From an uncultured Pseudomonadota bacterium (GTDB lineage: Bacteria; Vulcanimicrobiota; Vulcanimicrobiia; Eremiobacterales; Eremiobacteraceae), in NCBI GenBank assembly GCA_963736005.1, contig CAVTNB010000001.1, positions 448,001-512,000 of the forward strand: a DNA stretch of 64,000 bases. Direction: 5' to 3'. The first letter of the stretch is position 1. The number at the start of each line of letters is the position of its first letter. This document shows, piece by piece, positions 31,796 to 44,600 of this stretch. The position numbers and the translations under genes were made by a program. Under the pieces are notes generated by a model, which ran no database searches, was not told the DNA's origin, and saw only the letters and a list, made by a program, of their open reading frames with translations.

Positions 31796-32072
31796 TTAGC
31801 CTTCTCCACAATCTCGACCAGCCGCCAACGCTTGCGCGCCGACATCGGTCGCGTCTCCACGATGCGCACGAGATCGCCGACCTTGGCCTCGTTGCTCTCA
31901 TCGTGCGCCATGAAGCGCGTGCGAGCGGCGCGTGGATTTTGCCATAGGTACGCGTCGCGCGGTGCGCATTCGGTGCACCACGACGATGCGTCTTGCGCAT
32001 GGAATTGTCGGAAGCCACGCGGCCGATCTGCATCTTGCGCACGCTGCGCGCCTTGGTCTGGTTCTCCGTCAT
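31796..32072 (-). CDS. rpsQ: 30S ribosomal protein S17 (frameshifts)
   Basis: [42 protein letters not shown] readable in a shifted frame. Confidence 0.9.
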
Positions 32073-32087
32073 CGCTTCTTCCATCGT

Positions 32088-32296
32088 CTACCCAGCCAGC
32101 CTCCGCTCGCCAAAAGCGTGTACAGTTGCGCGATGTCGCGCCGCAGCTTGCTCACCGTGGCGTGATCCTCCAGATGCCCGGTGACAAGCTGGAAGCGCAA
32201 ATTGAACAGCTCTTCCTTGGTGGCAGTGAGCTTCTCTTCGAGCTCGCGCGTGGTCAACTCGCGCAGGCTGCGCAGTTCGCTAGACTTCAAACGCAA
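32088..32296 (-). CDS. rpmC: 50S ribosomal protein L29 (3' end approximate)
   Basis: [17 protein letters not shown]...RRDIA. Confidence 0.92.
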
Positions 32297-32716
32297 TCAC
32301 CCGCCCTTTCGCGACGGACAATACTTTCGTGCGGATCGGCAACTTGAAAGCGGCCAGCGTAAGCGCTTCCTTGGCGACGAGTCGGCTCGACGCCGGACAG
32401 CTCGAAAAGGATGCGGCCCAGGGCGCACCACAGCGACCCAGCCCTCGGGCGCGCCTTTGCCCGAACCTTGCCGCGTTTCTGCAGGCTTCTTCGTGTACGA
32501 TTTGTCGGGGAAAATCGTGATCCACACTTTTCCGCCGCGCTTGATATGGCGCGTCATAGCGATACGAGCGGCTTCGATCTGGCGGTTGGTGATCCACGCC
32601 GGCTCGAGCGCCTGCAAGCCGTACTCGCCGAAGTGCGAGCAGTTGCCCGATCTGGCGCGGCCCTTCATTCGTCCGCGCTGCACTTTGCGGTGCTTGACGC
32701 GTTTTGGCATCAACAT
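32280..32716 (-). CDS. rplP: 50S ribosomal protein L16 (frameshifts; 3' end approximate)
   Basis: [34 protein letters not shown]. Confidence 0.93.
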
Positions 32717-32719
32717 CGA

Positions 32720-33612
32720 TTACTGTGCTCTCCGCGGCGGGCGCCGCTCGTGCGGTTCGCACGCGAGGGGCCCCGCGGGCTGCTTCCGTCGTGACGGTGC
32801 GGCCCGGGGTTCCACCACCAAGCCGTTTCCGGCGACGGTTGCTCGCTCGGCGCAACGGGCGAACCGAAGCTTCAGCGACCGCCTCCGTGGCCGCTGCTCT
32901 GGGCGCGCCGTGCGTTGACAGGCACCCGGGCGCTCCGCGCAGCCATGGGCGCGGCGACTTTCCGGTTTCGCCTTGGCCGTCGGGCAGCACTTCGCCCAGA
33001 TAGATCCACACTTTGACGCCGATGCGGCCGAACGTGGTGTAGGCCTCGACGTGCGCGTAGTCGATGTTGGCGCGCAGCGTGTGCAGCGGCACCTTGCCCT
33101 CGAAGTTGCGCTCGACCCGCGCGATCTCAGCACCGCCGAGGCGGCCGCCGCACTTGCACTTTGATGCCTTTGCGCGCCGGCCTTCATGGTGCGCTGAATC
33201 GCCTGGCGCATGGCGCGCCGGAACGCGATGCGCTTCTCGAGCTGATCGACGATGTTGTTGGCGACGAGCTTCGCGTCAAGCTCCGGGTGCTTGATCTCGA
33301 CGACGTTGACGTTGACCTGTTTGCCCGACTACTCTCTCGAGCTTGCTTGCGAAGTTCTTCGATGCCGGCGCCGCGCTTGCCGATGATGATGCCCGGCTTG
33401 GCTGTGTTGATGACCACGCGGACCTGGTTGGCGCGCCGCTCGATCTCGATCGTGCGACACGGCGGCGGAGCGCGACGAGGCCGTCCACGATCTCGCGCAT
33501 GCGCAGATCTTCGTGCAGGCGTATCCCGATATTGCTTGCCTTCGAACCAGCGCGAGTCCCACGTACGCGTGATGCCGAGCCGGAAGCCGATGGGGTTGAC
33601 CTTCTGGCCCAT
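32720..33612 (-). CDS. rpsC: 30S ribosomal protein S3 with low-complexity C-terminal tail (frameshifts)
   Basis: [44 protein letters not shown]. Confidence 0.93.
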
Positions 33613-33613
33613 G

Positions 33614-33956
33614 CTATGCGTCCTCTCCGTCGGACACGGTGATCGTCACGTGTGACATCCTTCTTCCTCTTAAAGCCGGCCTGGCCGCGAGCGCGCGCCT
33701 CGACCGTTTGAACGATCGGACCGCCATCGACCGTCGCGCGCGACGATGACCAGATCGCCGGGCTTCATCCCGTGGTTGTTCTCCGCGTTTGCGGCGGCCG
33801 AGCGCACGATTTTCTGGATCGCCTTCGCCGCCGAGCGGCGAGAAATACAGCAGTCGTCAGCGCGCGATCCACGCGCTTGCCCGCGGATGACGTCGACGAC
33901 GCGGCGCGCCTTGCGCGGCGGCACTCGAGGAACTTGACCGTTGCGTGTGCTTGCAT
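33614..33956 (-). CDS. rplV: 50S ribosomal protein L22 (frameshifts)
   Basis: [29 protein letters not shown]. Confidence 0.9.
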
Positions 33957-33967
33957 CCTGATTCCCT

Positions 33968-33993
33968 GGGCGATTTTCCAATGGCTCCCTACA
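33968..33993 (-). repeat. Degenerate REP family A
   Basis: Plus strand GGGCGATTTTCCAATGGCTCCCTACA between rpsS and rplV. Confidence 0.7.
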
Positions 33994-34000
33994 ATAAAGG

Positions 34001-34291
34001 TCATTTGACTTCGACTTTTTCTGGAGGCCGCACCGCTGCCGTGACCGCGGAAGAGTGCGCGTCGGCGCGAACTCGCCCAGCTTGTGCCCAACCATGTTCT
34101 CCTGCACGTAGACCGGCACGTGCTTCTTGCCGTCGTGCACCGCGATCGTGTGGCCCACCATGGCCGGCACAATCGTCGATGCGCGCGACCAGGTCTTGAT
34201 CACGCGCTTTTCGCGCGTCGAATTCATGCGCTCGACTTGCGACGAGCAGATGATCCGCAACGAACGGACCCTTTTTTGAAGAACGGCTCAT
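34001..34291 (-). CDS. rpsS: 30S ribosomal protein S19 (frameshifts)
   Basis: [31 protein letters not shown]. Confidence 0.93.
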   Translation of the reverse strand: MSRSSKKGPFVADHLLVASRAHEFDARKARDQDLVARIDDCAGHGGPHDRGARRQEARAGLRAGEHGWAQAGRVRADAHSSAVTAAVRPPEKVEVK

Positions 34292-35123
34292 TTTTTGCCC
34301 CGCCGCTTGACGATGAACTTTGTGGTGCGCTTGGTGCGGCGCGTCTTCTTGCCCATCGTCATCTCACCCCAAGGCGTCGTGGGCGGACGGCCAGCCGTCG
34401 AGCGCGCTTCGCCGCCGCCGTGCGGATGGTCGACCGGGTTCATCGCGACGCCGCGCACGTGCGGGCGGCGACCCAGCCAGCGCGTGCGACCAGCTTTGCC
34501 GACCATTTGGTTCTCGTGATCGACGTTGCCGAGCTGGCCGATCGTCGCGCGGCAAACAACAGCGATCTTTCCGCACTTCGCCCGAAGGCATGCGGATCTG
34601 GGCGTAGTCGCCTTCTTTTGCCATGAGCTGCGCGGCGCCGCCGCGCCGAGCGCACCAGCTTGCCGCCTTGGCCGGGCGAGAGCTCGATGTTGTGGATGAC
34701 TGTGCCGACGCGGGATGTTGGAAAGCGGCAACGCGTTGCCGGTCTTGATGTCCGCTGCCGGGCCCGACACGAGGACGTCGCCTACCGCCAACCCGAGCGG
34801 CGCGAAGATGTAGCGCTTCTCGCCGTCGCGGTAGTGCAAGCAGCGCGATGCCGCGCGGAGCGGTTGGGATCGTACTCGATAGCCGCAACTTTGGCGGGCA
34901 CGCCGTCTTTGTTGCGCTTGAAATCAATCCGCCGGTACATGACTCTTATGGCCGCCGCCGCGATGCCGTACGGTGATATGCCCGTTGAAGTTGCTGCCGG
35001 CGTTTTTCTTGAGCGGTTCGAGTGAGCGATTCTCTGGCTTGCTTCTTGGTGAGCTCCTCGAACGTGGCGATCGCATGCAAAGCGTCGCCCTGGTGACGTC
35101 GGCTTGAATGTCTTTAGCGGCAT
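34288..35123 (-). CDS. rplB: 50S ribosomal protein L2 (multiple frameshifts)
   Basis: [29 protein letters not shown]. Confidence 0.95.
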
Positions 35124-35142
35124 GATCCACCTCGGGCGACGA

Positions 35143-35168
35143 TGTAGTCGCGCGAATTTATTCGCGCG
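35143..35168 (+). repeat. REP family C
   Basis: TGTAGTCGCGCGAATTTATTCGCGCG, opposite orientation to the copy at 24340. Confidence 0.85.
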
Positions 35169-35177
35169 CGCGCAGCG

Positions 35178-35494
35178 TTACGATTCAAAGTAGTTCACGC
35201 CACCGAGCTCGATCTTGTCGCCGGCGCGGAGCGTGACGACCGCCTTTTTCCAATCGGTGCGCTTCACCGACGGCCTGCGCGTGCGACGGCGCATGTCGTG
35301 CTTGTGCTTGCCTTTGACCCGCTGACCGTATTGACCCGCAGCACCTTCACTTTGAACAGTTTTTCAATCGCTTCGGCGATCGTGTGTTTGCTCGCCTCAA
35401 ACGACACGGCAAATGTGTATTGCGCGCCTGCGGTTTGCGCGATGGATTTTTCGGTGACGACCGGTTTCACAATAGTGCGACGCGCTTCAGCCAC
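35178..35494 (-). CDS. rplW: 50S ribosomal protein L23 (frameshift near 35320)
   Basis: KPVVTEKS, AIEKLFKVKV..VNT; WKKAVVTL in another frame. Confidence 0.9.
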
Positions 35495-36119
35495 CGCACA
35501 CCTCCGCGAGCGCCGCAAGGGCTGCTTTACTGACGACGAGACGATCGAATCGTAGGATGGAATGCACTGAGAGGTCATCGTACGCGCAGACTTTCGCGCG
35601 ACGTAAGTTGCGCGCGGCAAGGTAGATAGCGCGGGCGTGTTTGTCGCCGGTCGCATGAACCGCGAGCAGCACCGAGTCGCCCTGCCCGTCGGGCCACAGC
35701 ACCGCTTGCAGCTCTTTGGTTTTCGTTGGGTTGAGATCGTCCGCGTCGATGACCGACAACGAACCGGCTTGCGCTTTGTCGGCGACAGCCATAGCCAAGG
35801 CGCTGCGCCGTGCGCGCTTGTTCATGCCTTTGGCGTGCGAACGCGGATGCGGGCCAAAGACGACGCCGCCCTTGCGCCACAGCGGCGAGCGGATGCTGCC
35901 GTGCCGCGCGCGGCCGGTGCCTTTTTGGCGCCACGGCTTTCGCCCGCCGCCAGAAACCTCGTCGCGAGTTTTGGTATCAGCCGTTCCTGCGCGACGGTTG
36001 GCGAGCTGGCGCACGACTGCCTGATGCATGACCGAAATCTTCGGCTGCTGTGAGAACACTGCCGGGATCTCGAGCTTGCCCACGGTTTTGCCGGCCTTAT
36101 CGATCTGTAAAGCAGTCAC
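35487..36119 (-). CDS. rplD: 50S ribosomal protein L4
   Basis: [23 protein letters not shown]. Confidence 0.97.
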   Translation of the reverse strand: MTALQIDKAGKTVGKLEIPAVFSQQPKISVMHQAVVRQLANRRAGTADTKTRDEVSGGGRKPWRQKGTGRARHGSIRSPLWRKGGVVFGPHPRSHAKGMNKRARRSALAMAVADKAQAGSLSVIDADDLNPTKTKELQAVLWPDGQGDSVLLAVHATGDKHARAIYLAARNLRRAKVCAYDDLSVHSILRFDRLVVSKAALAALAEVCGG

Positions 36120-36757
36120 GACGCTTGCACCTTGCGCTTGGCCTTCACGGCGGGTCGTACGAGCACAATGGCGCGCTTGCCGCCGGGCACCGCGCCGCGG
36201 ACCAGCAGCAGATTACGCTCTTTGTCAGCCCCGATCACTTGTAAGTTGAGCGTGGTGATGCGCTCCACCCCGAGATGGCCGGGCCGATGGCTGCCCTTCA
36301 CCGTCTTGGCCGCATTCGTGTCGCCGGCGCTTCCTGGTTGGCGATGAATCATCGAGCCATGGCTTGCGCCGCCGCCCGATCCATTCCAACGCTTCATGAT
36401 TCCGGCAAAGCCTTTGCCTTTTGAGAAGCCCGTGACATCCACAATATCGCCAACCTCAAAGCCTTCGACCGTGACCATATCGCCCGTCTTGGCGTCGCCG
36501 GTCTCGCCTCGGAACTCGTGCAGCACAGCTTTTGGGGCGACATTGAGTTTTTCGAAGCGGCCGCGCATCGCTTTTGTCAGCCCTTTAAATTTGGCGTCCT
36601 CGAATCCCAAGACGACCGCGTCGTAACCGTGTTTGTCGGCGGTCTTGCGCTCGATCACTTGGCACGGCCCTGCAGAAATGACCGTGACGGGAACGATCGC
36701 GCCATCTTGCGCGAAGACGTTCGTCATGCCGAGCTTGCGTCCAATAATGTGTTTCAT
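36116..36757 (-). CDS. rplC: 50S ribosomal protein L3
   Basis: [23 protein letters not shown]. Confidence 0.97.
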   Translation of the reverse strand: MKHIIGRKLGMTNVFAQDGAIVPVTVISAGPCQVIERKTADKHGYDAVVLGFEDAKFKGLTKAMRGRFEKLNVAPKAVLHEFRGETGDAKTGDMVTVEGFEVGDIVDVTGFSKGKGFAGIMKRWNGSGGGASHGSMIHRQPGSAGDTNAAKTVKGSHRPGHLGVERITTLNLQVIGADKERNLLLVRGAVPGGKRAIVLVRPAVKAKRKVQAS

Positions 36758-36761
36758 ATCG

Positions 36762-37067
36762 TTATGCCTTGAGTTCGATGTCCACGCCGGCCGGCAGGTC
36801 GAGATGCATCAGCGCATCCATCGTTTTCGCCGAAGCTTGGAGGATATCGATGAGCCGTTTGTGCGTGCGAATCTCGAAGTGTTCCCGGCTCTTTTTGTCA
36901 ACGTGTGGGGAGCGCAGCACGCAACTGCGCTCGATCTCCGTCGGCAGCGGCACTGGCCCCGAGACAAACGCGCCCGTGCGCTTCGCTGTTTCGACGATGC
37001 GCTCTGCCGATTGATCGAGGATCTTATGATCGTAGGCCCGCAGCCTGATCCGAATCTTGCCTGCCAT
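36762..37067 (-). CDS. rpsJ: 30S ribosomal protein S10
   Basis: [29 protein letters not shown]. Confidence 0.98.
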   Translation of the reverse strand: MAGKIRIRLRAYDHKILDQSAERIVETAKRTGAFVSGPVPLPTEIERSCVLRSPHVDKKSREHFEIRTHKRLIDILQASAKTMDALMHLDLPAGVDIELKA

Positions 37068-37071
37068 ATCG

Positions 37072-38269
37072 TTACTCGGTCACCTTGGTCACGACGCCGG
37101 CACCCACGGTGCGGCCGCCCTCGCGAATGGCAAAGCGCAGGCCTTCCTCGCACGCGATGGGCGTGATCAACTCCACCTCCATGCGCACGTTGTCACCGGG
37201 CATCACCATCTCCACCCCTTCGGGCAGTTTGATCGAGCCCGTCACATCCGTCGTCCGAAAGTAAAATTGTGGACGGTAGTTCGAGAAAAACGGCGTGTGC
37301 CGGCCTCCCTCATCCTTCGAGAGCACGTACACTTCGGCTTCGAACTTCTTGTGCGGCTTGATCGAGCCGGGCTTGGCTAACACTTGCCCGCGCTCGATGT
37401 CGTCGCGCTCGATGCCACGCAGCAGCACCCCGATGTTGTCACCCGCAATGCCCTCGTCGAGCAGCTTGCGAAACATCTCGATGCCCGTCACCACAGACTT
37501 GCGCGCCTTATCCACCAAGCCCACGATCTCGACTTCGTCGCCCACTTTCACCCGGCCACGCTCCACCCGACCGGTCCCAACGGTCCCTCGGCCCGTAATT
37601 GTAAACACGTCTTCCACCGGCATGAGAAACGGTTTGTCCACGTCGCGCTGCGGCACCGGAATGTAGGCATCTACCGCATCCATGAGATCGAGGATCTTCT
37701 TTGACCACTCCCCTGGGCTTGTCTCTTCCAAGGCCTTGAGCGCGCTCCCGCGGATCACCGGGATCTCATGACCGGGGAACTTATAGGCCGACAAAAGCTC
37801 GCGCACTTCCATCTCGACTAAGTCGATTAGCTCGGGGTCGTCCACCATGTCCACCTTATTGAGGAACACCACCAAAAACGGTACCCCTACTTGCCGCGCC
37901 AGCAAGATGTGCTCGCGCGTCTGGGGCATGGGGCCATCCGCCGCCGACACAACGAGGATCGCCCCGTCCATCTGCGCCGCGCCCTGTGATCATGTTCTTG
38001 ATGTAGTCAGCATGACCGGGGGCGTCCACGTGGCTGTAGTGGCGCTTTTTGGTCTCGTACTCGGCGTGGTACAGCTGGATCGTTATCCCGCGCTCTTTCT
38101 CTTCCGGCGCGTTATCGATCTGATCCACCACCAACTTCTTGGTGCCCGTACCCGACTCGGCCAGCACCTTTGTGATGGCAGCCGTCAGCGTCGTTTTACC
38201 GTGGTCCACGTGACCAATCGTGCCGATGTTGACGTGCGGCTTCGTCCGCTCGAATTTTTGCTTCGCCAT
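37072..38269 (-). CDS. tuf: Elongation factor Tu (one frameshift near 37982)
   Basis: [31 protein letters not shown]. Confidence 0.97.
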
Positions 38270-38293
38270 TTCTTCCTCTTACATTCCGTCTTT

Positions 38294-38320
38294 GGGGCGA
38301 TTTTCCAATCGCCCCCTACA
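38294..38320 (-). repeat. REP family A
   Basis: Same sequence as 4884; between fusA and tuf. Confidence 0.85.
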
Positions 38321-38321
38321 A

Positions 38322-40454
38322 TTAACCCCTTGCTTTGCCTGTGTTCTTCTCGACAATTTCCTCTTCGATGCTCTTGGGCACTTGCGCATAGTGCGCGAAC
38401 TCCATGGTGTACGTTGCACGCCCTTGCGTGCGGCTGCGCAGGTCCGTTGCGTAGCCAAACATCTCGGAAAGCGGCACGTTGGCCTTGATCTTTTGCGTTC
38501 CACCGGGTTCTGGTTCCATGCCAAGCACGTGGCCGCGTCGGGAGTTCAAATCGCCAATAACTTCACCGAGGAAGCCATCCGGCGTGACCACTTCGACTGC
38601 CATGATCGGTTCCTTGATGATGGGGCCTGCCTTGCGAGCCGCTTCCTTGAATGCGATCGAGCCCGCAATCTTAAAGGCCATTTCGTTTGAGTCGACGTCG
38701 TGATAGGAGCCGTCGAACACGATTGCTTTGAAGTCCACCACAGGGTAGCCGGCCAGCCCGCCCGATAGCGCGGCCTCGCGCAAACCAGCTTCGATCGGTT
38801 TGATAAATTCCTTCGGAATGGCGCCCCCGACGATCTCACTCTCGAACTCCACGCCGGATCCAGGCGGCAACGGCTCCACGCGGATCCAAGCATCGCCATA
38901 CTGCCCCTTGCCGCCGGTCTGCCGCACGTAGCGGCCCTGCGCCTCGGCCGTTTTCGTGATTGCTTCTTTGTACGCCACTTGGGGCTTGCCGACGTTGGCT
39001 TGCACCTTGAACTCGCGTAGCAGCCGGTCGACAATGATTTCCAAGTGGAGCTCTCCCATGCCGGAAATGATTGTTTGCCCGGTTTCTTCGTCGGTGTACA
39101 TCTTAAAGGTAGGGTCTTCTTCGGCAAGCTTCGCAAGCGACTGGCCGAGCTTTTCTTGATCGACCTTGGTTTTTGGTTCAATGGCCTGGCTGATGACCGG
39201 CTCCGGGAACGTAATGTTCTCCAAGATGATCGGGTGCTTCTCATCGCACAACGTGTCGCCGGTGGTTGTGTTCTTCAGGCCCACGGCAGCCGCGATATCG
39301 CCCGCTTCCACGCTGTCGACGTCCTCGCGGTGGTTCGCGTGCATGCGCAAGATGCGGCCGATGCGCTCGCGCTGGCCCTTGGTTGAGTTGTAGACGTACG
39401 AACCCGCCGTCAGCTTGCCGGAGTACGTCCGGAAGAAGGTCAGCTTACCTACGAAGGGATCGGTCATGATCTTGAATGCCAGCGCGGAGAAGTATTCGTC
39501 ATCGGATGGCTTGCGTGAAACTCTCTGCCCCGGATGGTCCGGGTCGTCGCCCGCTACGTCGGCCAAGTCAATGGGGGAAGGCAAGTAGTCCACTACCGCG
39601 TCAAGCAGTGGCTGCACGCCCTTGTTTTTGAACGCTGCTCCACACAACACGGGGACAACGATGCCCTTGATGGTCGCGGCGCGCAACGCCTTCGCAATCT
39701 CTGACGCTGAAATGTCTTTGCCTTCGATGAACTTTTCCGTGAGGTGCTCGTCCGTTTCCGCAACGGCTTCGATGAGTTGCGCACGGTGGCGCACGATCAA
39801 GTCTTTCATATCGTCCGGCACCGACGTGGCGGTCATGGTCTTGCCGAGGTCGTCGGTGTAGATCGTCGCTTTGGTGTTGAGCAGGTCGACGAATCCGACG
39901 AACTTGTCTTCGGCGCCGATGGGGAGCATGATGGGCACGGCGCGCGCTCCTAGGCGCTCTCGGATCCTGTCGACGCTATTGTAAAAGTCAGCACCGGTGC
40001 GATCCATCTTGTTGATGAAGATGATGCGCGGAACCCGGTATTTGTTTGCTTGGCGCCACACTGTCTCGCTTTGCGGTTGCACGGCGGCCACGGCATCAAA
40101 AAGGGCAATCAATCCGTCGAGCACCCGCATGGAGCGCTCCACTTCGACGGTAAAGTCCACGTGGCCAGGCGTATCAATAATATTAATTCGCGTGTCGCGC
40201 CAAATGCACGTCGTCGCGGCCGACGTAATCGTGATGCCGCGCTCCTGCTCTTGTTCCATCCAATCCATGGTCGCGGCGCCCTCGTGCACCTCGCCCATCT
40301 TGTGCGTGCGCCCGGTATAGAAGAGAATACGCTCGGTCGTGGTCGTCTTGCCCGCATCGATGTGGGCCGCGATGCCGATGTTTCGAGTGTTCGCCAGCGA
40401 GTATTGACGTGAAGACGTGGTGGCCTTCTTTTCGCTTTGTTGCGTGCTTGACAT
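38322..40454 (-). CDS. fusA: Elongation factor G
   Basis: [35 protein letters not shown]. Confidence 0.98.
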   Translation of the reverse strand: MSSTQQSEKKATTSSRQYSLANTRNIGIAAHIDAGKTTTTERILFYTGRTHKMGEVHEGAATMDWMEQEQERGITITSAATTCIWRDTRINIIDTPGHVDFTVEVERSMRVLDGLIALFDAVAAVQPQSETVWRQANKYRVPRIIFINKMDRTGADFYNSVDRIRERLGARAVPIMLPIGAEDKFVGFVDLLNTKATIYTDDLGKTMTATSVPDDMKDLIVRHRAQLIEAVAETDEHLTEKFIEGKDISASEIAKALRAATIKGIVVPVLCGAAFKNKGVQPLLDAVVDYLPSPIDLADVAGDDPDHPGQRVSRKPSDDEYFSALAFKIMTDPFVGKLTFFRTYSGKLTAGSYVYNSTKGQRERIGRILRMHANHREDVDSVEAGDIAAAVGLKNTTTGDTLCDEKHPIILENITFPEPVISQAIEPKTKVDQEKLGQSLAKLAEEDPTFKMYTDEETGQTIISGMGELHLEIIVDRLLREFKVQANVGKPQVAYKEAITKTAEAQGRYVRQTGGKGQYGDAWIRVEPLPPGSGVEFESEIVGGAIPKEFIKPIEAGLREAALSGGLAGYPVVDFKAIVFDGSYHDVDSNEMAFKIAGSIAFKEAARKAGPIIKEPIMAVEVVTPDGFLGEVIGDLNSRRGHVLGMEPEPGGTQKIKANVPLSEMFGYATDLRSRTQGRATYTMEFAHYAQVPKSIEEEIVEKNTGKARG

Positions 40455-40924
40455 TACCATCGATAGTGCGCGAATGCTTTGTTCGCCTCAGCCATGCGGT
40501 GCGTATCCTCGCGCTTCTTCACCGCCGCACCCTGGTTGTTCGCCGCGTCCAACAACTCAGCCGCGAGGCGCTCTTCCATCGTGCGACCCGGGCGATTGCG
40601 TGCGAAGCTGATCAACCAGCGCATGCCCATGGCTTGACGCCGGTCCGGACGAACTTCCATCGGCACCTGATAGGTGGCTCCGCCGACGCGCCGGGGACGA
40701 ACCTCGACGAGCGGCATGACGTTATTGAGTGCCTGAGTAAAAACGTCCATAGGATCTTTTTGTGTCTTGCCCTTGAGAATCTCAAACGCCCCATACGTGA
40801 TGCGTTCGGCCGTGCTCTTCTTGCCGCGCAACATGATCTTATTAATGAAGCGCGCCAGCGTCCGGGAAGCAAAACGCGGATCTGGAAGTACCTGACGTTT
40901 GGAGGCAGGTCCCTTGCGTGGCAT
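40454..40924 (-). CDS. rpsG: 30S ribosomal protein S7
   Basis: [26 protein letters not shown]. Confidence 0.98.
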   Translation of the reverse strand: MPRKGPASKRQVLPDPRFASRTLARFINKIMLRGKKSTAERITYGAFEILKGKTQKDPMDVFTQALNNVMPLVEVRPRRVGGATYQVPMEVRPDRRQAMGMRWLISFARNRPGRTMEERLAAELLDAANNQGAAVKKREDTHRMAEANKAFAHYRW

Positions 40925-40927
40925 CGT

Positions 40928-41368
40928 TTACGCCTTCGGCCGCTTGGCGCCGTACTTCGAGCGCCCTTGCTTGCGGTTTTGAACGCCCTGTGCATCCAGG
41001 GTACCGCGGATGATGTGGTAGCGAATGCCCGGCAAATCTTTCACCCGGCCGCCGCGAATGAGGACAACCGAATGCTCTTGCAAATTGTGGCCGATGCCAG
41101 GGATGTACGCCGTCACTTCGATGCCATTGGTGAGTCGCACGCGGGCGACTTTGCGAAGCGCTGAGTTAGGTTTTTTCGGCGTCACCGTTTTGACTTGCGT
41201 GCAAACGCCGCGGCGTTGCGGATTACCCTTTGCGATAAACTTCGTGCGTTGGGGCAAATCGGGATGACCCGGCTTGGCTCCCGTGAGCGACACGAGAAAC
41301 GCCGGCGACTTCGATTTCTTTCTTATCTGTTTGCGACCAGTTCGCACGAGTTGGCTAATTGTCGGCAA
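40928..41368 (-). CDS. rpsL: 30S ribosomal protein S12
   Basis: [30 protein letters not shown] start. Confidence 0.97.
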   Translation of the reverse strand: MPTISQLVRTGRKQIRKKSKSPAFLVSLTGAKPGHPDLPQRTKFIAKGNPQRRGVCTQVKTVTPKKPNSALRKVARVRLTNGIEVTAYIPGIGHNLQEHSVVLIRGGRVKDLPGIRYHIIRGTLDAQGVQNRKQGRSKYGAKRPKA

Positions 41369-41550
41369 CCAAAAACCTCATCAAAAGTAGGTGGAGCAGC
41401 GGACCTCAGCAGTCCGATTTGGGGATTCTGCGCCCAGGCGCAGCGACGGAGACGGCGCCAAACCGCCCCCTCGAGGACATCCGCGGTACGAACTGGGAGA
41501 AAAAACCGCCCGGAAACCGGGGTTCCCGAAAGGAGACCCGCAACCAACGT

Positions 41551-41580
41551 ATTTTACCAGACGGTACGCCGCAGCGTCAA
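41551..41580 (-). promoter_or_regulatory. Sigma70-type promoter of the str operon
   Basis: Minus strand TTGACG-N18-TAAAAT with TG extension. Confidence 0.7.
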
Positions 41581-41637
41581 GGCCGCCCGCGTGGCCAAGT
41601 CGCGCCGTGCGTGCATTTGCGGCATCGAGAACGAGAT

Positions 41638-41664
41638 GGGGCGATTTTCCAATCGCCCCCTACA
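41638..41664 (-). repeat. REP family A
   Basis: Same sequence as 4884; just downstream of rpoC. Confidence 0.85.
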
Positions 41665-41685
41665 GGGCCCCCGTTATAGGTCCCG

Positions 41686-44600
41686 TCATAGTTCGAGGTC
41701 TGAGGGTGGGGCGGGTTCTGGCTCCGGTTCGGTTATTGGATCCACCATCGATTCTCCGGCATCCGTCACCACAGCGTCTGGCTCGCTCAGCCCTACTCCA
41801 ACTGGTTCTTCTTCGCTTTGCTGCGTTTCCGAAGGTGGAAGTTCCGGATCCCAGCCATCGCGGTTTATCTCTTCCGCGACTCGTTCGAACGCAGACTCGG
41901 TAGGCTCCGCCACCTCGGGCTCGGATGCAACGACTGACTCCGCCACGGCAAGGTCTTCGGCTGCTCCCAACTCGCTCGCCAACGGCTCCTCAGGAATGTC
42001 AGAGAAGATATCCGATTCCCGGAAGGCCGGGCGTCCACGGACTGTCGTTTGTGCAGAACGATACCGTGGCATGCCCGTACCCGCGGGAATCAACTTCCCG
42101 ATGATGACGTTTTCTTTCAACCCAAGCAACGGATCGTATTTGCCTTCGATCGCTGCCTGCGTGAGCACGCGAGTCGTTTCTTGGAATGAGGCCGCTGACA
42201 GAAACGATTCCGTGGCAAGCGACGCCTTGGTCACCCCCAACAGCACCGTATCAGCTTTGGCCGGTTCCAGACCACCCGCAACCGCCTTGGCGTTTTCCTC
42301 GAGGAACTTCTCTGCATCCATCATCTGACCGGGCAAGAGGCTGGTCTCGCCGAAGTCTGTCACCTTCTTTTTCCGCAACATGCTGCGGACGATGACTTCG
42401 ATGTGCTTGTCGTTGATATCCACACCCTGGCTCCGGTAAACCTTTTGCACTTCTTGCACGAGGTAATTCTGCAACGCAGTTTCACCTTTGATGCGTAAGA
42501 TATCGTGAGGGTTCACCGACCCTTCGATGAGCTGATCGCCCGCCACGACCCGATCGCCATCGTGGACGGTGAGGTGCACGTTGAACGGAATCTCGTAGAT
42601 ATGTTCTTCGCCTTCCGAGTCTGTGACCACCACCTCGCGGATGCCCTTCTCCTCTGTGATATGCACGGAGCCGGCCTCTTCGGTGATGATCGCTTGTCCC
42701 TTGGGCTTACGCGCCTCGAAAAGCTCTTCCACGCGCGGCAAACCAGTAATGATGTCTTCGGACGCGACGCCACCAGTATGGAAAGTTCGCAGCGTTAGCT
42801 GCGTGCCCGGTTCGCCGATGCTCTGCGCCGCGATAATGCCCACCGCTTCGCCGATGTCCACGACTCCGCCGGTCGCCAAGTTGCGCCCATAGCACACCGC
42901 GCACACGCCGACGCGTGCGTCGCAGGTGAGCACCGAGCGAATCCAAACCTCTTTGATGCCGGCAGCAATGATGCGCGCTGCTGCGTCTTCATCGATTTCT
43001 TGACCGGACTTCACCAAGAGCTCAGATGGATTCGCCGGATCCTTGATGTCGTGCAACGCGTAGCGCCCAACGATGCGGTTGACGAGAGGCTCGATGATCT
43101 CTTTGCCCTCGGCAATGTCGCTGACCGAAATCCCGCGCTCGCTGTTGCAGTTTTCTTCCCGCACGATGACATCTTGGGCAACGTCGACCAGCCGCCGCGT
43201 TAGATAGCCTGAGTCAGCGGTTCGCAGTGCTGTGTCGGCGAGTCCCTTGCGCGCTCCATGGGTCGAGATGAAGTACTCGAGCACGGTCAGGCCTTCTTTG
43301 AGGTTGGCCTTAATCGGAATGCTCAAGATGCGACCCGAGGGGTCTGCCATCAGGCCACGCATGCCGGCGATCTGTTTCACCTGCGCGATGGAGCCTCGAG
43401 CGCCCGATGTCGCCATCATGAAGATGGAGTTCAGCCGGTCTTGCTCCTCAAGCATCGCCTGCGTCACTTCTTCGCCCGTCTTGGTCCAGACGTCGATCGT
43501 CTTATTGTACTGCTCGTCATCCGAGAGCAGGCCTTCTTTATACAGGTCGTTGATTTGCACGACCTGCGCGTCAGCCTTTGCGATGAGCGAGGCCTTCTTC
43601 TTGGGAATGACGATATCGCTGATCGACACCGTCGTACCTGACACGGTCGCAAAGCGGAAGCCGAGCGCCTTGATCGAATCGAGAAAACCCGCCGTTTCCG
43701 CGTTGCCGTAGTGCCGGTAGCAGTCTGCGATCAACTGCGTCAGGCCCTTTTTGTCCACGGTTCGGTTGACGAATGGATGCTGCCACTCAGCCGGAAACGC
43801 GACATTGAAGATGACACGCCCGACGGTGGTCTCGACGAGCTGACCGTCGCGCCAACGGACGCGGATCGGTTCGTGGAGCGAGATGGCATCCGCGTCGTAC
43901 GCAATCTGCGCTTCCTTGTCCGAGAAGAAAGCACGCAGTTCCACACGGCCGTCCTTGCGCGGTGCGTTTGGCGTCGCGCCGGCCGTCTTGGAATCGATGG
44001 TCAGATAGTACAGTCCAAGCACCATGTCTTGCGTCGGAATCGATACGGGGTTGCCGTACGACGGCTGCAAGATATTGTTGCTGCTGAGCATGAGGATGCG
44101 AGCCTCTGCCTGCGCACCGGCAGACAGCGGCAAATGGACGGCCATCTGGTCGCCATCGAAGTCGGCGTTGTAGGGCGTGCAGACGAGTGGATGGATCTGA
44201 ATCGCCTTGCCCTCGACGAGCACCGGTTCGAACGCCTGAATGCCCAGGCGGTGAAGCGTTGGCGCGCGATTGAGAAGCACCGGATGATCCTTGATCACTT
44301 CATCCAGAACGTCCCACACTTCCGGTCGCACGCGTTCGACCATGCGCTTGGCGCTCTTGATGTTATGCGCTTGACCGCGGTCGACGAGCTTCTTCATGAC
44401 GAATGGCTTGAAGAGTTCGAGCGCCATTTCTTTTGGCAACCCGCACTGATGCAGGCGCAAGTTCGGCCCGACGACGATCACCGAACGGCCCGAATAATCG
44501 ACGCGCTTGCCGAGCAGATTCTGGCGGAAGCGACCTTGTTTACCTTTGAGAATGTCCGACAGCGACTTGAGCGGGCGGTTATTTGGCCCTGTGACCGGTC

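Noticed and set aside
30690..35330. Pseudogenised ribosomal protein cluster or alternative genetic code
   Set aside because: Breaks are indels, not in-frame stops; neighbouring genes read normally in code 11; the genes are essential.
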